From NCBI GenBank assembly GCA_027014115.1, contig JALWEJ010000089.1, forward strand, positions 8,015 through 72,014: a stretch of DNA of 64,000 nucleotides. Reading direction: 5' to 3'. Shown here piece after piece: positions 9,225 through 20,645 of this stretch. Source of the stretch: Desulfurellales bacterium (GTDB lineage Bacteria > Campylobacterota_A > Desulfurellia > Desulfurellales > Hippeaceae). Both the position numbers and the translations under genes were made by a program. Each line of letters starts with the position of its first letter. Positions within the stretch are counted from its first letter, which is position 1. The notes under the pieces were generated by a model that did no database searches, was not told the DNA's origin, and saw only the letters and a list, made by a program, of their open reading frames with translations.

Positions 9225-10892
9225 TTACAACTCCATACTTATATAAAAATGCATATATTTCTTAAACATGTCTACCATTTTCTGTCTTTGTTGTTTTTTA
9301 TATCTATACATACCATTTTCATAAACAAGCCTCGACAAAACATTTGGTTCTTTATGTAGCATATTAAAATAATTCTTTTTGTCAAACCGCAAAAAACCAA
9401 TCTCAACAGAATGAATATTTTCAATGTCTTTAATCGAGTACATTAAATCTCTATATTCGTTTACATAACCCAAAAATACAGGGTCAAACCTTATACCTAT
9501 TCTAAACCCACGCATGCTTAATTTTTTGACAGCTTCCAATCTTCTGCTAAGAGATGGAGTAAAAGCTTCATATCTGTCTATAACCTCTTGAGGATTCAAA
9601 GAAAAAGCAATGATTATATTATCTTTTGGTTTTATGTTTAAAAAGTCTTCTATATAGTCCGATTTTGTTCTAAACTCAACATACACATCCTTATCTTGTT
9701 TAGAAAAAAATTGTGCTAATTTGACATTAAAGTCTGAAAATTTTCCAAACAACAAAGAATCCGAAAATGTTCCCGCATAAAAGTATATTGGCCTTCTTGG
9801 GTCTTTCTTTAAAATATCCGATATTGCTTTAAAGTAGTCTTCATAGTTTAAAAATACAACAGGATTAAAGCTTTTAAAATACCCTTTCAAAAAACAGTAT
9901 GAACAGTCGTATAAACAGTTGTAGGCATTTAAAATAGAGTATCCTCTTGTATTATCCGGTGTATAATTATCCGGTGTTTTCCTTAAAAATTCGCCCTTTT
10001 TATTTGCAAAAACAACAGCTCTTTTATCCTTTAGGTTATGAAAACAGCCTACATAATCATCTATCTCATACACTTTCTTACTGCTCAAATCAAAACTAAT
10101 TCTGTCTTTTTTTACACCTTTTTCAATAAAAACAGTTGTTATTTTTGTTCTTTCTCTATTGAAAGATTTGTTTATCCTTATCTTCCTATACATATTTTGT
10201 CTTTGTGAAAAGGTGAGTCTTTTTTTGTTTATCAGGTTTGACAAGCCTGACAAAACAGACAAATCTGAAATTCCCGTGTGTTTGAATATTTCAAATTTTA
10301 ATGAATCACTTTCAATTTTTCCTATTGTTTGAACAAAATTATCCAAAAAATCAACATCATAGGAAAATAAAGAAGCCACCCTGAGTACGGATTCTTTGTT
10401 GTTATTATCGCTTATAACTCTAAATATGACACCTAGTATATTTGATTCTTTTACAGCTTTGGCAAAAAAATAGCTTTCTTTGTCAACTACATCTGCAAAA
10501 TTACTCAAAAATACAGAATCTGCTTCATAACCGTCTAAGATGCTCACCAAATCAGTATTCTTAACCTTGGGAAAATCAAAGCTCAACAATTTTATCGGAT
10601 TAAATAGAGGCTTTTTATCACAAATCAGCTTTACACTTTCTACTACAGTAAAATCACCTATTCTCAAATTATTACTGAGGCTGCCTGCAAAACCGAATAA
10701 AACTGCAATTTTAATCTCTTCAAACTTCGAAAGAATTGAATTTACATTAAAACCCAACGCCAAAGCACCTTTGCCGTGATTGATAAAAACAGCTGTGTTT
10801 CTGTATTGGAATAAATTTCCCTCTTTTTTAAATGGATATTTTTTTAAAAAGGGTTCAATTTCCTTCTTGTGTTCGCTCGCTATGAGAATCAT
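9225..10892 (-). CDS. fusion protein: nucleoside phosphorylase/nucleosidase-like N-domain plus spore-photoproduct-lyase-like radical SAM C-domain
   Basis: 555-aa ORF. The N-terminal half has PNP/MTA-nucleosidase-like signatures (AVLFGFAGSL...IGDFTVV, VVDKESYFFAKAV...GVIFRVISD). The C-terminal half has a CxxxCxxC motif (NCLYDCSYCFLKGYF, nt 9894-9917) resembling the SPL family. Confidence 0.65.
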   Translation of the reverse strand: MILIASEHKKEIEPFLKKYPFKKEGNLFQYRNTAVFINHGKGALALGFNVNSILSKFEEIKIAVLFGFAGSLSNNLRIGDFTVVESVKLICDKKPLFNPIKLLSFDFPKVKNTDLVSILDGYEADSVFLSNFADVVDKESYFFAKAVKESNILGVIFRVISDNNNKESVLRVASLFSYDVDFLDNFVQTIGKIESDSLKFEIFKHTGISDLSVLSGLSNLINKKRLTFSQRQNMYRKIRINKSFNRERTKITTVFIEKGVKKDRISFDLSSKKVYEIDDYVGCFHNLKDKRAVVFANKKGEFLRKTPDNYTPDNTRGYSILNAYNCLYDCSYCFLKGYFKSFNPVVFLNYEDYFKAISDILKKDPRRPIYFYAGTFSDSLLFGKFSDFNVKLAQFFSKQDKDVYVEFRTKSDYIEDFLNIKPKDNIIIAFSLNPQEVIDRYEAFTPSLSRRLEAVKKLSMRGFRIGIRFDPVFLGYVNEYRDLMYSIKDIENIHSVEIGFLRFDKKNYFNMLHKEPNVLSRLVYENGMYRYKKQQRQKMVDMFKKYMHFYISMEL

Positions 10893-11397
10893 AAAATTGA
10901 TATATGGTTTGATTTGCGTATATGTCTACTATTGTAAGTTCTTTTATCTGTTCATTTTCAAATTTTGCATAGACAGTATCGATGTTGCTTTTATATTTTG
11001 TGGTTAAAACAAATTCTTTATCCTTTGTCTCTATATTAAACAATTCATCAATATCTTTTTCGCCCAGAAACAGCAAAAAAAGTATTTTATTGAAACCCTC
11101 AAGCTTGTATATATATTTTTTGCTATCTTTATAGTCCACAACCTCAAAATTGTTAATTATAATCTCTTCGTTTTCATAATCAAAAACCATTTCTCTTTTT
11201 GGCTTTATTGTTAGAATACCTTTTTTAACTATCTTTTGTCCGCTCATAGCATTTATTGAGGTTTGAACAAAACTCAATATCGTTGTTTTGTTATCGTACA
11301 GTTTAAAAATATGCTTTATCGTAATCACATCTTGAGCAAAAGCGTTATATGTGAGCAATACCGACAATATCGCCAATAGAGTTAATATTCTCTTCAT
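10855..11397 (-). CDS. exported protein, LolA-like fold suspected
   Basis: 180-aa ORF with a clear signal peptide (MKRILTLLAILSVLLTYNAFAQ). Its size and beta-rich composition fit LolA/LppX-like carriers. It overlaps pyrD by 53 nt and the downstream gene by 38 nt. Confidence 0.45.
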   Translation of the reverse strand: MKRILTLLAILSVLLTYNAFAQDVITIKHIFKLYDNKTTILSFVQTSINAMSGQKIVKKGILTIKPKREMVFDYENEEIIINNFEVVDYKDSKKYIYKLEGFNKILFLLFLGEKDIDELFNIETKDKEFVLTTKYKSNIDTVYAKFENEQIKELTIVDIYANQTIYQFYDSHSERTQEGN

Positions 11398-12265
11398 CCA
11401 AATACCTTCTAATTCCTTCTATTATTTCAACTGTTATATCGGGTTTAATAAAGTTTGCCGTGCCGACCTCAATAAGTGACGCACCAACCATAATATATTG
11501 AAGAGCAACACCGCTGTTATATATGCCGCCCACACCTATTATAGGTATCTTCACCTTTTCATACACTTCATAAACCATTCTCACACCAACCGGGTATATC
11601 GCAGGTCCGCTTAAGCCGCCTGTTTTATTGGCAAGAACAGGCTTTTTGGTTTTTGTATCTATAACCATACCGGTTATCGTGTTTATAAGACTGACAGCAT
11701 CGGCTTTTGCATCCTGTGCAGCAAGTGCAATAATCGAAATATCGTCAACATTTGGTGTAAGTTTTACTATAACGGGTTTATCTGTTATGTTTTTTACAGC
11801 CGATGTCAGCTCAAAAACATTGTCAGGATTTTTTCCAAAAAGAGCACCGCCTTGTGCCACATTAGGGCATGAAACATTAACCTCATATGCACTAACTAAG
11901 CCTTCATTTTCAAGCTTTTCTACAATACCAACAAATTCATCAACACTTGTTCCGTATATATTTGCTATGATGTGTGAATTTACATCTTTCAATTTCGGAA
12001 GCTTCTCATTTATAAATCTATCAACACCGACATTCTGCAAACCTATGGCATTAAGCATACCTGAGGGTGTTTCAACAATTCTCGGCGGTTTGTTTCCCTG
12101 TTTTTCAACAATACTCAAACCCTTAACAATAAATCCGCCCAATTTGTCCAAGTCCATATATTTTTTATACTCAACACCGTATCCGAATGTTCCCGATGCG
12201 GTCAATACCGGGTTTTTAAATATAAGATTTCCAAGCTTAACAGTTAAATTTACATTGCTTGCCAT
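11345..12265 (-). CDS. pyrD: dihydroorotate dehydrogenase B, catalytic subunit
   Basis: 306-aa ORF (LTASGTFGYG, NVSCPN, GGLSGPAI, IIGVGGI) directly downstream of pyrK. Confidence 0.92.
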   Translation of the reverse strand: MASNVNLTVKLGNLIFKNPVLTASGTFGYGVEYKKYMDLDKLGGFIVKGLSIVEKQGNKPPRIVETPSGMLNAIGLQNVGVDRFINEKLPKLKDVNSHIIANIYGTSVDEFVGIVEKLENEGLVSAYEVNVSCPNVAQGGALFGKNPDNVFELTSAVKNITDKPVIVKLTPNVDDISIIALAAQDAKADAVSLINTITGMVIDTKTKKPVLANKTGGLSGPAIYPVGVRMVYEVYEKVKIPIIGVGGIYNSGVALQYIMVGASLIEVGTANFIKPDITVEIIEGIRRYLDEENINSIGDIVGIAHI

Positions 12266-12984
12266 ACTATCTCCCTAAAATCAAAAACAGGACCGTCTTC
12301 GCAGACCTTTTTAAATCCATTTTGACTCTCAACAACACAGCCAAGACAAACACCTATACCGCATGCCATTCTTGATTCAAGCGAAACCTTCATACCGCAG
12401 CCCTTATCATAACACACATAGGCAAGCCTCTTCATCATAATAGTAGGTCCACAGGCAAAAATAAATGTATCCTCATTAAGTCTATCTTCAATCATATCCA
12501 CTACATTACCATCAAACCCGCTGCTGCCGTCCATTGTAGCAATACTGCCAAAATCCACATATATTTCATCCTTTGAATTAAATCCAAAGAAAGCCTCATA
12601 AGGCGTTTTGTGTCTGTTTTTCAAAACACTGCTTAAGTAAATAAGCGGTGCAGCACCTATTCCTCCGCCCACAAGCATAATCTTTTTGTTTTCTGCTATT
12701 TCATCAAACCCGTTCCCCAAAGGTCCAAGCAAATCAATAAACTCACCAACCTTCTTGTCTGTTAAAATCTTTGTTCCCTCACCAACAACCCTGTATATTA
12801 TCTCTATATAGTTTCCTGTGAAATTTGCAACGCTGAATGGCCTTCTTAACAGAGGATAGTTAAATCCATTTATTCTTACCATAAAAAACTGCCCCGGTTT
12901 TATATCAAACAGAGCAGGGTTTTCTATTTTTAGAGAGAATGTATTTTTGGCAATCTCTCTGTTTTCAACTATTTTAAGTTCCAT
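12250..12984 (-). CDS. pyrK: dihydroorotate dehydrogenase B, electron-transfer subunit
   Basis: 244-aa ferredoxin-reductase-like ORF (RRPFSV, GGGIGAAP) with a C-terminal 2Fe-2S Cys cluster (CGIGVCLGCVV...C). It overlaps the pyrD start. Confidence 0.9.
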   Translation of the reverse strand: MELKIVENREIAKNTFSLKIENPALFDIKPGQFFMVRINGFNYPLLRRPFSVANFTGNYIEIIYRVVGEGTKILTDKKVGEFIDLLGPLGNGFDEIAENKKIMLVGGGIGAAPLIYLSSVLKNRHKTPYEAFFGFNSKDEIYVDFGSIATMDGSSGFDGNVVDMIEDRLNEDTFIFACGPTIMMKRLAYVCYDKGCGMKVSLESRMACGIGVCLGCVVESQNGFKKVCEDGPVFDFREIVWQAM

Positions 12985-12985
12985 A

Positions 12986-13459
12986 TTATTTTATCTCTTC
13001 TATCTCAAATTTTCTCGAACCGGCAGGGACCTTTACAACAACCTCATCGCCCTCTTCTTTGCCTATCAAAGCCTGGGCTATAGGACTGTTTATCGAAATT
13101 TTACCGTTGTTTGGGTCTGATTCATCCTCGCCGACAATCATATATTCAACACTCTCTTCATTGTCTAAATCGTACAAAACAACACTGCACCCAAAACCAA
13201 CTCTATCTTTTGAAACACTGTTTGGGTCAACAACCTGAGCATTGTTTATCTTCTTTGATAATTCCGATATTCTATTTTCAATCAAAGCATGTTTTTCTTT
13301 TGCTGCGTGATACTCTGCATTTTCGCTCAAATCTCCCTTTGCTCTTGCCTCTTCTATCTCTCTGATAATTGCCGGACGTTGATTTTTTTGTAGATCCTCC
13401 ATCTCTTTTATAAGATTATCGTAACCCTGAGGCGTCATCAGTATCTTCTCAGCCATCAC
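12986..13459 (-). CDS. greA: transcription elongation factor GreA
   Basis: 157-aa ORF (EARAKGDLSENAEYHAAKE...ISINSPIAQALIGK). Confidence 0.93.
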   Translation of the reverse strand: MMAEKILMTPQGYDNLIKEMEDLQKNQRPAIIREIEEARAKGDLSENAEYHAAKEKHALIENRISELSKKINNAQVVDPNSVSKDRVGFGCSVVLYDLDNEESVEYMIVGEDESDPNNGKISINSPIAQALIGKEEGDEVVVKVPAGSRKFEIEEIK

Positions 13460-16400
13460 TAACTCCCCTTTTTGTAGTACTCTTGTATTGAATTAACATC
13501 TATTACTTTTCCTTTAATTCTTGCTTCAATTGCCCTCGTTGCGGCAATGGCTCCCGATATTGTTGTACAGTACGGGATGTTCATTGTCAAAGCCGTTCTT
13601 CTTATATAAAAAGAATCTGTCCTCGAACGTTTGCCTGAGGGTGTATTTATAAGAAAGTGTATATTACCGTTTTTCATTTTGTCAAGAACATTGGGTCTTC
13701 CTTCACTTATTTTCTTCACATATTCAACCTCGACACCCTCTTTTTTCAAATATTCATAACTTCCCTTTGTGCAGTATACTCTAAACCCAAGTTCAATAAG
13801 CTTTGAGGCTATAAAAATACCCTGAATCTTGTCATGGTCGGCTAAAGATAAAAATACATTGCCTTTTTCGGGCAGCTTCATGCCGCTTCCAAGAAGAGCC
13901 TTGTAGTAAGCCGTAGGGAAATCCTCAGCAATTCCCATAACCTCACCTGTTGATTTCATCTCAGGACCAAGTGTAATATCAACATTTGGGAATTTTACAA
14001 AAGGAAAAACAGATTCTTTAACAGCATAATACCTTGGCTCAACCTCTTTTATTCCAAGCTCTTTGAGTTTTTTGCCCATTATAACCTGAGTGGCTATTTT
14101 TGCCCAATGAACACCTGTTGCTTTACTAACAAAAGGCACTGTTCTTGATGCTCTCGGGTTAACCTCAAGTATATAAACCCTGTCATTTTTTACAGCAAAT
14201 TGAATATTTATAAGACCAACAACATTAAGCTCTTTTGCCAAAAGCCTTGTTTGTCTTTTTATTTCGCTAACAATATCCTTTTTAAGTGTCCTTGGAGGTA
14301 TAGAGCATGCAGAATCACCAGAGTGAACACCTGCAGCCTCAATATGCTCCATCACAGCAGCAACAACCGTTGATTCACCATCGCTAACAGCATCAACATC
14401 AACCTCTATTGCATCCTCGAGAAACTTATCCACAAGAAGAGGATGGTCTCCTGTCACCTCGACAGCCTCTTGGACATATTCATTTAACTGTTCTTTATTA
14501 TAAATTATCATCATTGCCCTTCCACCCAAAACATAAGAAGGTCTAACCAAAACAGGGTAGCCTATCGAATCGGCAACATCTACCGCCTCCTGCTTTGATT
14601 TTGCTATACCGCTTTCGGGCTGCAGCAGCTGAAGCTTGTTAATCAAATCTCTAAACAGCTCTCTATCTTCAGCTATGTCTATGCTTTTTGGGTCAGTACC
14701 GAGTATGGGAACATTTGATTCTTTTAAATCCATAGACAACTTAAGTGGTGTTTGACCGCCAAACTGCACAATAACGCCGCGGGGTTTTTCATTGTCTACT
14801 ATATTCATTACATGTTCATATGTTAATGGTTCAAAATACAATCTGCTCGATATATCGTAGTCTGTGGAAACAGTTTCTGGGTTGCAGTTTACCATTATGG
14901 ATTCATACCCTTCATTTCTAAGCTCCAAAGAGCCGTGAACGCATGTGTAATCAAACTCTATGCCTTGACCTATTCTATTTGGTCCGCTGCCCAAAACTAT
15001 GACCTTCTTGGCATTCTTTGATATGGATTCGTTCTCATCCTCATATGTTGAATAAAAATAGGGCGTATACGCCTCAAACTCACCTGCACATGTATCGACC
15101 ATCTTGTAAACATTGGAAATTTGCGCATTTTTTCTTAAATATCTAATTTCTGTTTCGGTAGAGTTTGTTAATTTTGCCAATCTTGAATCAGAAAAACCAT
15201 ATTCTTTCAATTCTTTAATATTGTCTTTATTGACACCTGTTCTTTTAATCTCATCTTCTTTGTCTATTATCTGTTTTATGTTGTGCAAAAACCACCTATC
15301 AATATAGGTCAAATCAAATAAATCATCTATTGAATAACCTTTTCTAAATGCTTCTGCAACATAGAGGATTCGCCTCGAATTGGGATGTATTAAATTCTGT
15401 TTGAGTTCATCATCGCTGCAGTTAATTTCAGAAAATCCATCCCAGCCGTATTCCAATGAACAAATGGCTTTTTGAAGCGATTCCTTAAATGTTCTGCCTA
15501 TAGACATAACCTCACCTACACTCTTCATCTGGGTACCGAGTTCGTCTTTGGTATTGAATTTTTCAAATGTAAAGCGGGGAATTTTTGTAACAACATAGTC
15601 AAGCACAGGTTCAAAGCTTGCCGGTGTCTTTTTTGTTATATCATTGGGTATCTCATCAAGCGTATAACCTACACTCAAAAGAGCTGCAAACTTTGCAATA
15701 GGAAAACCTGTCGCTTTTGATGCAAGAGCCGACGAGCGTGAAACCCTTGGATTCATTTCTATAACAACAAATTCACCATTCTCCGGATTAACTGCAAACT
15801 GTATGTTTGAACCACCTGTTTCTACACCTATTTTTCTTATTATATCGATAGATGCATCCCTCAAAATCTGATACTCTTTGTCTGTCAATGTTTGAGCCGG
15901 AGCAATAGTTACAGAATCTCCTGTATGGACGCCCATAGGATCAAGATTTTCAATCGAACATATTATAAAAACATTATCCTTCTTATCACGCATTACTTCG
16001 AGCTCATACTCTTTCCAACCTATAACGGACTGTTCAATCAGAACTTCGTTCATTGGGCTTTGCTCAATTCCCCATTTTACAACCTCTTCAAACTCCTCTT
16101 TGTTGTAGGCAATGCCTGCACCTGTTCCACCGAGCGTAAATGACGGTCTGATAATCACCGGAAATCCTATCCTATCCACAACATTATAGGCTTCATCAAT
16201 ATTATGAGCAACACCGGATTCCGGCACCTTTAAGCCTATGTCATCCATAGCCTTTTTGAACAGTTCTCTATCTTCTGCCCGATTGATAACTTCGGCATCT
16301 GCGCCAATCATCTCAACACCGTATTTATCCAAAATACCAACCTTTGATATGTCCATAGCAGCATTGAGGGCAGTTTGTCCGCCAAGTGTCGGCAGTACGG

Positions 16401-16653
16401 CATCAGGTCTTTCTTTTTCTATGATTTTTTCCATAAATTCAACTGTAATAGGCTCAATATATGTTGCATCTGCAAGCATAGGGTCTGTCATTATGGTTGC
16501 GGGATTGGAGTTGATTAAAATAACCTCGTAACCCTCATTCTTTAAAGCCTTACATGCCTGAGCTCCGGAGTAATCAAACTCACAAGCTTGACCTATAACA
16601 ATAGGACCTGAGCCTATTATCATGATTTTTCTCAAATCGTTTCTTTTCGGCAT
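13459..16653 (-). CDS. carB: carbamoyl-phosphate synthase large subunit
   Basis: 1064-aa ORF with duplicated ATP-grasp halves and an MGS-like C-terminus ([18 protein letters not shown]..., second copy [16 protein letters not shown]). Confidence 0.97.
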   Translation of the reverse strand: MPKRNDLRKIMIIGSGPIVIGQACEFDYSGAQACKALKNEGYEVILINSNPATIMTDPMLADATYIEPITVEFMEKIIEKERPDAVLPTLGGQTALNAAMDISKVGILDKYGVEMIGADAEVINRAEDRELFKKAMDDIGLKVPESGVAHNIDEAYNVVDRIGFPVIIRPSFTLGGTGAGIAYNKEEFEEVVKWGIEQSPMNEVLIEQSVIGWKEYELEVMRDKKDNVFIICSIENLDPMGVHTGDSVTIAPAQTLTDKEYQILRDASIDIIRKIGVETGGSNIQFAVNPENGEFVVIEMNPRVSRSSALASKATGFPIAKFAALLSVGYTLDEIPNDITKKTPASFEPVLDYVVTKIPRFTFEKFNTKDELGTQMKSVGEVMSIGRTFKESLQKAICSLEYGWDGFSEINCSDDELKQNLIHPNSRRILYVAEAFRKGYSIDDLFDLTYIDRWFLHNIKQIIDKEDEIKRTGVNKDNIKELKEYGFSDSRLAKLTNSTETEIRYLRKNAQISNVYKMVDTCAGEFEAYTPYFYSTYEDENESISKNAKKVIVLGSGPNRIGQGIEFDYTCVHGSLELRNEGYESIMVNCNPETVSTDYDISSRLYFEPLTYEHVMNIVDNEKPRGVIVQFGGQTPLKLSMDLKESNVPILGTDPKSIDIAEDRELFRDLINKLQLLQPESGIAKSKQEAVDVADSIGYPVLVRPSYVLGGRAMMIIYNKEQLNEYVQEAVEVTGDHPLLVDKFLEDAIEVDVDAVSDGESTVVAAVMEHIEAAGVHSGDSACSIPPRTLKKDIVSEIKRQTRLLAKELNVVGLINIQFAVKNDRVYILEVNPRASRTVPFVSKATGVHWAKIATQVIMGKKLKELGIKEVEPRYYAVKESVFPFVKFPNVDITLGPEMKSTGEVMGIAEDFPTAYYKALLGSGMKLPEKGNVFLSLADHDKIQGIFIASKLIELGFRVYCTKGSYEYLKKEGVEVEYVKKISEGRPNVLDKMKNGNIHFLINTPSGKRSRTDSFYIRRTALTMNIPYCTTISGAIAATRAIEARIKGKVIDVNSIQEYYKKGS

Positions 16654-16731
16654 AAAACACCCCTACAAATTAACTCAACAAGAGATACAACAATTTCTCT
16701 TTTATTGCAAGAAAAATGAAAAATATACGTA

Positions 16732-17175
16732 TTAAAAATCCTTCATAGTTCGTTCTTGTTCTCTCTTTATATCTCTATCTTTTATATCACGTCTTTTATC
16801 AAACAGTTTCTTTCCTCTCGCAAGAGCTATTTCAACCTTGATTCTACCGTTTTTTGAATACACCTTTAAAGGAATGAGCGTCAAACCCTTTTCTTTTGTT
16901 TTGCCTATAAGTTTTCTGATTTGGGCTTTATGCAGAAGCAGTTTTTTCTTTCTGTACGGGTCGTGGTTTGCGTGCGCCGATGCAAATTTATATGGACTTA
17001 TGTGAAAGTTGCTGATATACACTTCTCCGTTATCAATCTCTGCATAGCTGTCCTTTAGGTTTGCAGAACCCATACGAATGGATTTTACCTCGCTGCCCTT
17101 TAGAACAATACCTGCTTCAAATGTTTCAAGTATTTCAAAATCGTGTCTTGCTTTACGGTTTACTATTGTTTTCAT
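16732..17175 (-). CDS. smpB: SsrA-binding protein SmpB
   Basis: [34 protein letters not shown]... is canonical SmpB. The longer track start at 17211 would run through a terminator hairpin, so I use the ATG at 17175. Confidence 0.92.
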   Translation of the reverse strand: MKTIVNRKARHDFEILETFEAGIVLKGSEVKSIRMGSANLKDSYAEIDNGEVYISNFHISPYKFASAHANHDPYRKKKLLLHKAQIRKLIGKTKEKGLTLIPLKVYSKNGRIKVEIALARGKKLFDKRRDIKDRDIKREQERTMKDF

Positions 17176-17187
17176 ACAAACAATAAT

Positions 17188-17221
17188 ACAAAAAGGCGAA
17201 CCACTAATCAAGTGATTCGCC
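17188..17221 (-). terminator. Rho-independent terminator after the large lipoprotein gene
   Basis: Hairpin 17195-17221 (GGCGAACCACT / AGTGATTCGCC, 11 bp with one mismatch), followed on the minus strand by TTTTT. Confidence 0.65.
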
Positions 17222-17249
17222 TCGAGGGTGAGTCTTGTTTTATTATGTT

Positions 17250-20200
17250 TTAATTGACTGTAACAGGAATAGATAAAACTTCATTTCCATTTTCAGATTT
17301 TACATCAATAGTTATATACCCATGCACAGCCTGAGTAATTGACGAATCACTATCTGACAAAATAATTTTATACTCTGTTATACCCCATCCTCCGTACTCT
17401 GCATCGGGTAGAGTGGAACTAATATTATTTATCATGCCAACTGTTGATGATGAAGTTATGGTAGAGCCTGAAACAAGAGGCCTTCCGTTATAATCCGATA
17501 CATAAATATATATTGACTGACTTCCACCATTTGGAACATTTATGCTCCCATAATCAAAATATCCGTCTCCGTCACTATCCCAGAAAGCTCTAATTCTTGT
17601 ATCGCCGGTAAACATAGCAGCTGTTGTTTTATATAGTGTATGTGTTATCTTGTTTGTCATTCCGGATATATCTTTGATTTTTGGTAGTTCTCCATTTGAT
17701 GCGTTGCCTGGATTGTCTATCCTGTATATTTTTCTGTTTTCACATCCGAAATAGAGTTTGTCGTTATAGCAATACAGTGATGTAATCTTTTTTTGTGATG
17801 CTGTATCGTAGTAGTTATCAGACTTAAGTGTGTAGTATATATCAACGATGGATCCTGAAGTTATATTGTCTACACCATCTACAAGTTGTATCGTCTTTTC
17901 ATCCTTAAAATCATAATACGTAGAAGGCATTTCTATACCGTTTACGTATATTTCCGTATGGGCTTTATCCATATCCGAATCATACGATAAAGTTAAAGTA
18001 TTTGTATCAGCTGTAGGCTCAACTCTGTCTTTATATATATTTAGAGGATATGCCTTTCCGTCTGGTTCAATTCTGTATACACCCAAATCTGTAGCAATAT
18101 AGATATTGTCAGAATCATCAAGTACAACATGCTTTATATCTTCCTTAGGGCACCCGGTTATTGTTATATCAGACCATGTGTTTGTTGTGGTATCGAATTT
18201 TTTAATACCTTCCGTAGTTGCATAATAAATATCAGTACCTTTTACAAATGAGTCGTTAAAAGTAACATGTTGGGCAACGCCAACTCTTGAAAACCCCATA
18301 ATAGACAGAGAAGATACATATACTTGTCCGCCTATGGTTACATATATATTATCAAACTTACCATTATTGTTAGAATCCACAAGTGACAAAGTAGATATAT
18401 CAGTTATAGGCAAACCGCTATTATAGTTACTCCAGTATTTGTAACCCATATCATACCTATACAATCCGTACCCCACAAAATAAGCATATATTGTGTGAGG
18501 ATCGGCAATTTTAACAATTTTTGCCGGAGTTCTTGGCATATTATAATTTATATCGTAAGTGATTGTATATGACCCAGCATCTCTTGCTGAAAATATTCGA
18601 TCGCCAATCAGCCTCCATGATATATAACCATTACCAAAGCTATCTTCTACATTTATTCTTTCTCTTAAAGCAATAGGCTTATAAGTTAAAATAGCTGAAT
18701 TACTTACAGATTCAGTATATCTGTCACTTCTACTTGCAAAATTACTCCAATTGTAACCTCCGTCCTGACTAATCATAACACCTTTGTCTTCTGTCGCTAC
18801 TGCTATAAGATTATCATTATCATCAACATCCATGCTGTTTATATATGTACCCCAGAGACCTTTATAAGCACTTGAGTAACTTCTTGGTTTTCCAATATTA
18901 TCCCATTCATTACCACTATCCGTAGTTTTAAACAAACCGCCTCCGTCTGTTGCAGCATATATTTTACCATCTTGAACATATATTGATGATATATATCCAT
19001 ATTCACCTGTTTGGGTTTGAGACCATATATGCACAGGTTTTCCATTTACAGGTCTTGGGGATTGAGAATACAAAACAGCAGTTGCAACACCAGCTTCAGT
19101 TCCACTACCCGTTGTAGTATCTGCACCGTCAATTTTTGAATATTCACTTTCAAAATGAACAGCTGTTCCTTCCGGCACTGGATTGGAATACAAGTCAGCT
19201 AACCTAGCTGTAATTGTATCTGAGACTCCATCTTGTTTTAAGCCTATAATATTTAGTTTTTCCAAGGCCATACTGAGATGTTTTCCTTCAGGCGGACCAC
19301 TTAGAATTACTATCTCCTGAATATTTGATTGAACATTGTCGTTATACCATGCTTGAATTTTTACAACTCCCGGCTTTATTCCGGCTTTAAGTGTTGTTTG
19401 CACAATGCCGTCGTCATCCGTTAAACCACTGGAGGGTACAAGATATTCTCCACCTATACTCCCTCCAACCAACGAGAACTGAATCCTGGCATTTGAAACA
19501 GGATTACCTTTTCCATCCATTACTTTAAATTCTATTAAGGTTGTTTCTTTATTGCCACTTCCTTTAACATATATTTCATTGGACTCAATATTATATACCT
19601 GTATGGTGTTAGGTGTATTTACAACTGTTGATTGTATAATATTGAGTGTTGCAGTTTTTGTTAGATTACTTGCTGTCGCCGTTATTGTTGCGGTACCATA
19701 TTGTGCATTGCTTGTTAAATATGTTGTAGCAACACCATGACTATCTGTTGAAACACTATTTTGGTTTATATCTCCAAGATCAGATGTAAAATTAACTGTA
19801 ACATTAGGCGTAGGGTTCCCGCTATTGTCAGTCACAGTTGCAGACAACGTAGCTGTTTCTCCTCCACTGTTTATTGTTGTAGGTGTTACCGTAAGCAGTA
19901 GTTGGGAAGGAACAACAATATTTAAAGATATACCTCCTGTTTTATCACCGCTTTGTGCCGTAACATTAACCTGCTTGTTTGATAATACATTTTTTGATGA
20001 AGCATATATGGTTGCTGTTCCATCGTTACCTGTTGTAATTGTAGATGATCCCACCACAAGACTATTTTCGTCAGAACTAGACAAAACCACTTTTACGCCT
20101 TTTGCAGGATTATTATATATATCTTTAACGCTTACAGTCAAAAGAACACTATCATTACTAAATAAGAATTGCTTCGTGGCAGAAATTGACACTGCACCGA

Positions 20201-20627
20201 TTTTTAACACATTAACATCAATCTGTTCTTCTATGCTATCCATGGCTGCTTTTATTGTGGCAACTCCAGGTGTATCTTGAGCAATAAACTGAACAGTAGC
20301 TTGACCGTTAGTATCGGTTTTTACTGTAATTTCCTGAGCCTGTGTTGTGCCATCACTAAGTAGTCCCATATTTGTAGATAGCTGCACATCTTTTTGAAGA
20401 GGCGTGCCGTCTGCTTTTTTAACTGTTACTGTTATATCGGTTACACCTGTTTCTGTGTTAGTAGTTGTTATATTATCATTTGAAACATTAAGTGTTAATG
20501 TAATATTATCCGAAGTAGTTCCACCTCCTCCGCTACCGTCAGATAAACTACCTCCACCGCAGCTGTATAGAGCCAAAATAGAGAAAAAAGCAAAAAATAA
20601 TATAAAGTATCTACTAATTTTTTTCAT
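17250..20627 (-). CDS. large surface lipoprotein with about five Big_1 (invasin/intimin-type Ig-like) repeats and a BNR/Asp-box beta-propeller-like region
   Basis: 1125-aa ORF with a lipobox (LALYSC, Cys23). Repeats are of the type [22 protein letters not shown]...[13 protein letters not shown]...GTATITA. Asp-box motifs are TTDSGNEW and [13 protein letters not shown] sits 7 nt before the ATG, and the gene starts 18 nt after the pilQ stop. Confidence 0.8.
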   Translation of the reverse strand: MKKISRYFILFFAFFSILALYSCGGGSLSDGSGGGGTTSDNITLTLNVSNDNITTTNTETGVTDITVTVKKADGTPLQKDVQLSTNMGLLSDGTTQAQEITVKTDTNGQATVQFIAQDTPGVATIKAAMDSIEEQIDVNVLKIGAVSISATKQFLFSNDSVLLTVSVKDIYNNPAKGVKVVLSSSDENSLVVGSSTITTGNDGTATIYASSKNVLSNKQVNVTAQSGDKTGGISLNIVVPSQLLLTVTPTTINSGGETATLSATVTDNSGNPTPNVTVNFTSDLGDINQNSVSTDSHGVATTYLTSNAQYGTATITATASNLTKTATLNIIQSTVVNTPNTIQVYNIESNEIYVKGSGNKETTLIEFKVMDGKGNPVSNARIQFSLVGGSIGGEYLVPSSGLTDDDGIVQTTLKAGIKPGVVKIQAWYNDNVQSNIQEIVILSGPPEGKHLSMALEKLNIIGLKQDGVSDTITARLADLYSNPVPEGTAVHFESEYSKIDGADTTTGSGTEAGVATAVLYSQSPRPVNGKPVHIWSQTQTGEYGYISSIYVQDGKIYAATDGGGLFKTTDSGNEWDNIGKPRSYSSAYKGLWGTYINSMDVDDNDNLIAVATEDKGVMISQDGGYNWSNFASRSDRYTESVSNSAILTYKPIALRERINVEDSFGNGYISWRLIGDRIFSARDAGSYTITYDINYNMPRTPAKIVKIADPHTIYAYFVGYGLYRYDMGYKYWSNYNSGLPITDISTLSLVDSNNNGKFDNIYVTIGGQVYVSSLSIMGFSRVGVAQHVTFNDSFVKGTDIYYATTEGIKKFDTTTNTWSDITITGCPKEDIKHVVLDDSDNIYIATDLGVYRIEPDGKAYPLNIYKDRVEPTADTNTLTLSYDSDMDKAHTEIYVNGIEMPSTYYDFKDEKTIQLVDGVDNITSGSIVDIYYTLKSDNYYDTASQKKITSLYCYNDKLYFGCENRKIYRIDNPGNASNGELPKIKDISGMTNKITHTLYKTTAAMFTGDTRIRAFWDSDGDGYFDYGSINVPNGGSQSIYIYVSDYNGRPLVSGSTITSSSTVGMINNISSTLPDAEYGGWGITEYKIILSDSDSSITQAVHGYITIDVKSENGNEVLSIPVTVN

Positions 20628-20645
20628 AACATAACTCCTATCAAA

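Noticed and set aside
10855-11397. The 53-nt and 38-nt same-strand overlaps around the LolA-like ORF as evidence of a frameshift or pseudogene.
   Set aside because: Both neighbours (pyrD and the fusion protein) are full length with intact termini. The small ORF starts with a textbook signal peptide, so genuine overlapping genes are the simpler reading.
11628-12278. Long antisense ORFs opposite strong housekeeping genes. Examples: 216 aa opposite pyrD; 3188-3649 opposite infC/thrS; 7575-8117 opposite rpsA; 19825-20280 opposite the lipoprotein gene; 59613-60035 opposite the mutase gene; 63304-63756 opposite the CoADR-like gene; 403-807 and 1111-1458 opposite pheT/pheS.
   Set aside because: They lie entirely within confidently identified genes on the other strand. 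They have low-complexity Ser/Phe/Leu/Ile-rich composition typical of shadow frames, and they lack an RBS or any recognisable motif.
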